DNA of 64,000 bases from contig CM119265.1 of NCBI GenBank assembly GCA_051294375.1, positions 10,108,681 to 10,172,680 on the forward strand, in the 5' to 3' direction. The position numbers and the translations under genes are program-made. Shown here piece by piece: positions 60,217-64,000 of this stretch (position 1 is its first letter; every line of letters begins with the position of its first letter). Below the pieces are notes generated by a model that saw only the letters and a list, made by a program, of their open reading frames with translations, had not been told where the DNA came from and did not search any database. Source of the DNA: Paraspadella gotoi (Eukaryota > Animalia > Chaetognatha).

Positions 60217-60567
60217 GATTTATATTCCTCGTGAATTTCCTTCTACTCGCAATCCGAGGCCACAGCAGAAGGAACAGGAAATTAAATCTTAAGCGAAGGA
60301 CGAATTGAGCTTTTAATAAATAATGACAACCCGAATGTATTTGGATTAATTTGGTTTTTTAATCAAATATTAATTTTTTTTTAAAGAAAAGCGGTGAAAT
60401 ATCTCATGCAGTATATTGACTGAATAGAAGTCGGCGAAAATGGTGGATGCCGACAGATGCAGTGCGCAAGAGAACAAACTGACGATATGTAACTGTATTA
60501 GATTTTAAAATTGAAACCAAACTATAAAATCAGTGGCTGCGCCAATACATGTAAATCACTTTCAAGG
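56700..60567. repeat. inverted duplicate of 49365-53090 plus 55982-56080 (CMIP intron 2)
   Basis: Colinear reverse-complement match; the left copy tends to lack bases and the right copy tends to carry extra bases. Confidence 0.93.
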
Positions 60568-62656
60568 CCGAATCGAATACGTCATTCGTATCTTTTTAAT
60601 GTTAAAGACCGGTCAGCCGGTCAAAAAGACAAAAGTACTACGAACCTGGCGGATATTCGCGAATTTTTCATAAAAGGAGCATCTTTTCCCGTGAAATCGA
60701 CGATGAGTTTAGTTTTTTTTAATAACATATGGTATTATTAATAATATTTTTTCTATTTATTAATAATTTCATTATGCTTAATAATTTATAAGTTTTAGTA
60801 GCTGCATGTTGTGATTTTTAATTTTTTTCTGTTTTTTTATAGGAAAACATTTTAAAATAATCGCTATTTTTGTTTTGCTGTACTGAAATCAGTTCTGAAC
60901 ATATATTAAAGAGAACTTAATATAAATATATCTTATATAGTCAAATGATAAATAACAATAAATATAATAATATTTAATAAAAAGATGGATTTTTTTATAA
61001 CAATGACAATATTTATACAAAACTTAAAATGCTTTAAACGATATATTTGATACTATTTTATCCTTCTCTAAACTATTATTAATTTAAAAAGCCATTTTTC
61101 TTATTTACTATAATTTCATTTTTTAAACGATTAATAGGCCAATAATTAGGATGAATGAGGTTGGCATCCATACTCCATAGTCAACCTTTTTTGTTTAATA
61201 TATTCCGGATTTTTTTTTAGTTTTTATCATGTATAATTTATTTTCATTTGTGTTGATTAGAGACAAATAATAACTTTTTAATGGTTAACAATAACACTAA
61301 TGTTTTTACATAAAACGGACATTTTTCGCTAATTGTTAGCCGTCATCGTGTTGTTAACAATTAATTTATATATATCATATGTTTTTAATCATAATTTGTT
61401 ACTCACTTTTCAATTTGTTGATTATAGGAATTAACAAAAGCAATCTATCATTATTTACAGATATAGTTCGATTAATTTTATAATTAATTGACAGTTGTTT
61501 GTTTAAAAAAACTGATAAAAACAAAGCAATTCTTTAAATCTTGAAGTTAAGTTACCCTCTCAAAAGTTCTGTTTTCTATCTCTCTCTTTTTGTGTAGAGG
61601 AGCATAGAAAACAGAACTTTTGAGAGGGTAACTTAACTTCCAAGATTTTAAAGAATTGCTTTTGTTTTATAAGTTTTTTAAATCAAAACATGTCAATTAA
61701 TTATAAAATTAATCGAAACCTATTGTCTGTAAATAATGATAGATTGCTTTTTAATTCTTTAATCAACAAAATTGAAAAAGTGAGTAAACAAATTATGATT
61801 AAAAACAATATGATGATATGATAACATTTTAATTGTTAACACAACGATGAAGGCTAACAATTAGTCGAAAAATGTCCGTTTTATGTAAAACATTATGTCG
61901 TTATTGTTAACCATTAAAAAGTTATTATTTTCGTCTCTAAATCAAACAACAAATGAAAATAAATTATACAATGACTAAAAACTAAAAAAAAATCCGAGAT
62001 TAATTTTTTATAATTGAAAAAAAGGTTGACTATGGAGTATGGATGCTCAAACCCTCATTCATCTTAATTATTGGCCTATTAATAGTTATAAAAATGAATT
62101 ATAGTAAATAAGAAAAATGGCTTTTATAATATAATAATAGTTAAGAAGAAGGGATAATAGTAATCAAATCATATCCGTTTAAAGATTTAAGTTTTTGTAT
62201 AAATATTGTCATTGTTAAAAAATTACATCTTTATTAAATATTAATTATATTTATTGTTATTTATCATTTGACTATATAAGATCATATTTTATATTAATTT
62301 CTCTTTAAATATATGTCAGACTGAATTTCAGTACAGCAAACAAAAAATAGCGATTAATTTCTAAAATGTTTTCCTATAAAAAACAGAAAAAATATTAAAA
62401 ATCACAACATGCAGCTACTAAAAACTTATAAAATTATTAAGCATTATTGAAATTATTAATAAAACATAGAAAATATTATTAATAATACATATGTTATTAA
62501 AAAAACTAAACTCATCGTCAATTTCACAGGAAAAGATGCTCTTTTTATGAAAAATTCGCGAATATCCGCCAGGTTCGCTAGTATCTTTTGTTCTTTTTGA
62601 CCGGCTTGACCGGTCTTTAACATTAGAAAAGATACGAAATGACGTATTCGATCTCG
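60568..62656. other. ~2.1-kb fold-back palindrome centred on a SMRTbell-adapter-like remnant (61578-61605); probable sequencing artefact
   Basis: ~1-kb arms differ mainly by indels; centre ATCTCTCTCTTTTTGTGTAGAGGAGCAT resembles the PacBio adapter ATCTCTCTCTTTTCCTCCTCCTCCGTTGTTGTTGTTGAGAGAGAT. Confidence 0.8.
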
Positions 62657-62779
62657 GATCTCTCATGTTTCCATTCATTAAACTTAAATATTTTATACTA
62701 AAATTATTTATTTATACGTCTGATTAAGTGTGCAAACGTTTTTAAGAAACTCGATGTCTGTAATATACTAACTTTTGGT

Positions 62780-63203
62780 CTACTATTAAATTGTTTTTAT
62801 ATTTTACTTCATTTTACTTGAGGCTCTAAAAAGAAGGAAGCTTTTTGTAAAACAAAGAAACATTCAAATTAAACGTTTATTTGCAACACTAAATCTCATT
62901 TGTACTGTTCTTGTACAAAATAACAATTGTTTTTTTTAAATTGTATTATCTTAATCCATTTTGATATTTTTTAATAAGTATTTTTTCTTATCCTATTTTA
63001 TTTTATTTTATTTTTTATTCTAGGTCTTGATCAAAAAATTTTAATCATATATTTATTTTAAGATTTTATTAAATGAATGGATAATTCTTATATTGTTGTA
63101 CCAATTTCATATCATATATCAAAATAAAAATAATATTGTTTTGATTTATAAAATATTTTACAAATATAAAATATTATTGCTGCCGCAGTAACAGTTCAGT
63201 TAT
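62780..63203 (+). repeat. direct copy of 48950-49361
   Basis: TTACTTCATTTTAC..GAGGCTCTAAAA...GCTGCCGCAGTA..CAGTTCAGTTA shared. Confidence 0.9.
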
Positions 63204-63230
63204 AANNNNNNNNNNNNNNNNNNNNNNNNN

Positions 63231-64000
63231 CAGGCCACCTGCCACGAGTTCAACCGGATCCTTTCCAACGCCCGAAGACCCGATGCGCTCGTCTCTGAAA
63301 TTCGGAAGATGGTCACGTATTCGATGACGCTGCCCATCCAAGATCCCGTCGTCACGCAGTTCCCCCTGGAGGTCGGTATCTTTCTATCCGTCTGTCTGTC
63401 AGTCTCTCGGTCTGGCAAACTCTTTGTCTGTCGCAACGAGGTTTTTTGTTTTAAAAGTATTTTGGTAAGTTTGTCTGAACTTTTTCCTAAATGGAACCTT
63501 TTATTCCTCATTTGATTCAGTATTTAGAGTATATGCTCTCTCTCTCTATCTTTTTTCTTTCTTATTTTTGCCTTTTTTCTGTCTCCCGCTTTCTCTGGCT
63601 ATTTCTCTGTCTTTTTTTATCTGCCTATTTTCTCTCCATTTCCTTGTTTTTTCACCATTAACTCCGCAAAACCGAGTCTTCTTCTCACTCTTCTTCTCTC
63701 TCTCTCTCTCTCTCNNNNNNNNNNNNNNNNNNNNNNNNNNNNNNNNNNNNNNNNNNNNNNNNNNNNNNNNNNNNNNNNNNNNNNNNNNNNNNNNNNNNNN
63801 NNNNNNNNNNNNNNNNNNNNNNNNNNNNNNNNNNNNNNNNNTCTCTCTCTCTCTCTCTCTCTCGTCGAAAAATTCCGCTCACGAAGGCGATTCCGCCTTT
63901 TTTGTTCTCTTCCTCCCATTTTTTTCTTCATTTTTTTCCTTCATCGTGTTGTTCCTTTGTTTTTAACTTTTCTTATAATTTTAAAAATAAAACCTTTTTC
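63231..64000. repeat. inverted copy of ~47295-47985 (CMIP exon 3 and intron 3)
   Basis: Reverse-complement match. Confidence 0.9.
63234..63371 (+). CDS. CMIP: CMIP exon 3, clean copy
   Basis: ATCHEFNRILSNARRPDALVSEIRKMVTYSMTLPIQDPVVTQFPLE versus [39 protein letters not shown]. Confidence 0.85.

Larger units (their letters stand above)
26127..63841. other. assembly gaps: 26127-26372, 34578-35451, 63715-63841, and four exactly 25-N gaps (36915-36939, 38934-38958, 56479-56503, 63206-63230)
   Basis: N runs counted directly; the sequence on both sides of 38934-38958 is duplicated. Confidence 0.97.

Overview
Animal (invertebrate-like) genomic DNA: AT-rich, intron-rich, full of (GA)n/(GAC)n/(TATC)n microsatellites, with 7 N-gaps. 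Most long ORFs in the track are microsatellite or N-run artefacts. Real content: (1) a spliced SLC4 bicarbonate transporter of the Na+-coupled (NBC/NDCBE/Ndae1-like) branch on the minus strand, about 20 exons from ~18.5 kb running off the left edge; (2) five intron-containing tRNA-Leu genes, each with a different hairpin intron, one with a GAA anticodon and probably a pseudogene; (3) a CMIP orthologue in scrambled form: exon 1 on +, frameshift-ridden exons 2-9 inverted on -, and clean second copies of exons 2-3 on +; (4) a 2.9-kb Sola2-like DNA transposon with TIRs and a 4-bp TSD whose empty site is visible in the duplicate copy; (5) several MITE/Helentron-type and highly structured dispersed repeats. 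Much of 36.9-63.2 kb looks like unpolished long-read gap-fill: four 25-N gaps, indel-rich inverted duplicates, and a 2-kb fold-back centred on a SMRTbell-adapter-like remnant. I found no clear-cut new biological system. The best leads are the tRNA-Leu intron set and its GAA variant, a ~230-bp multi-hairpin repeat, the divergent SLC4 motifs and the polymorphic Sola2 insertion. All protein family assignments come from remembered sequences, not database searches.
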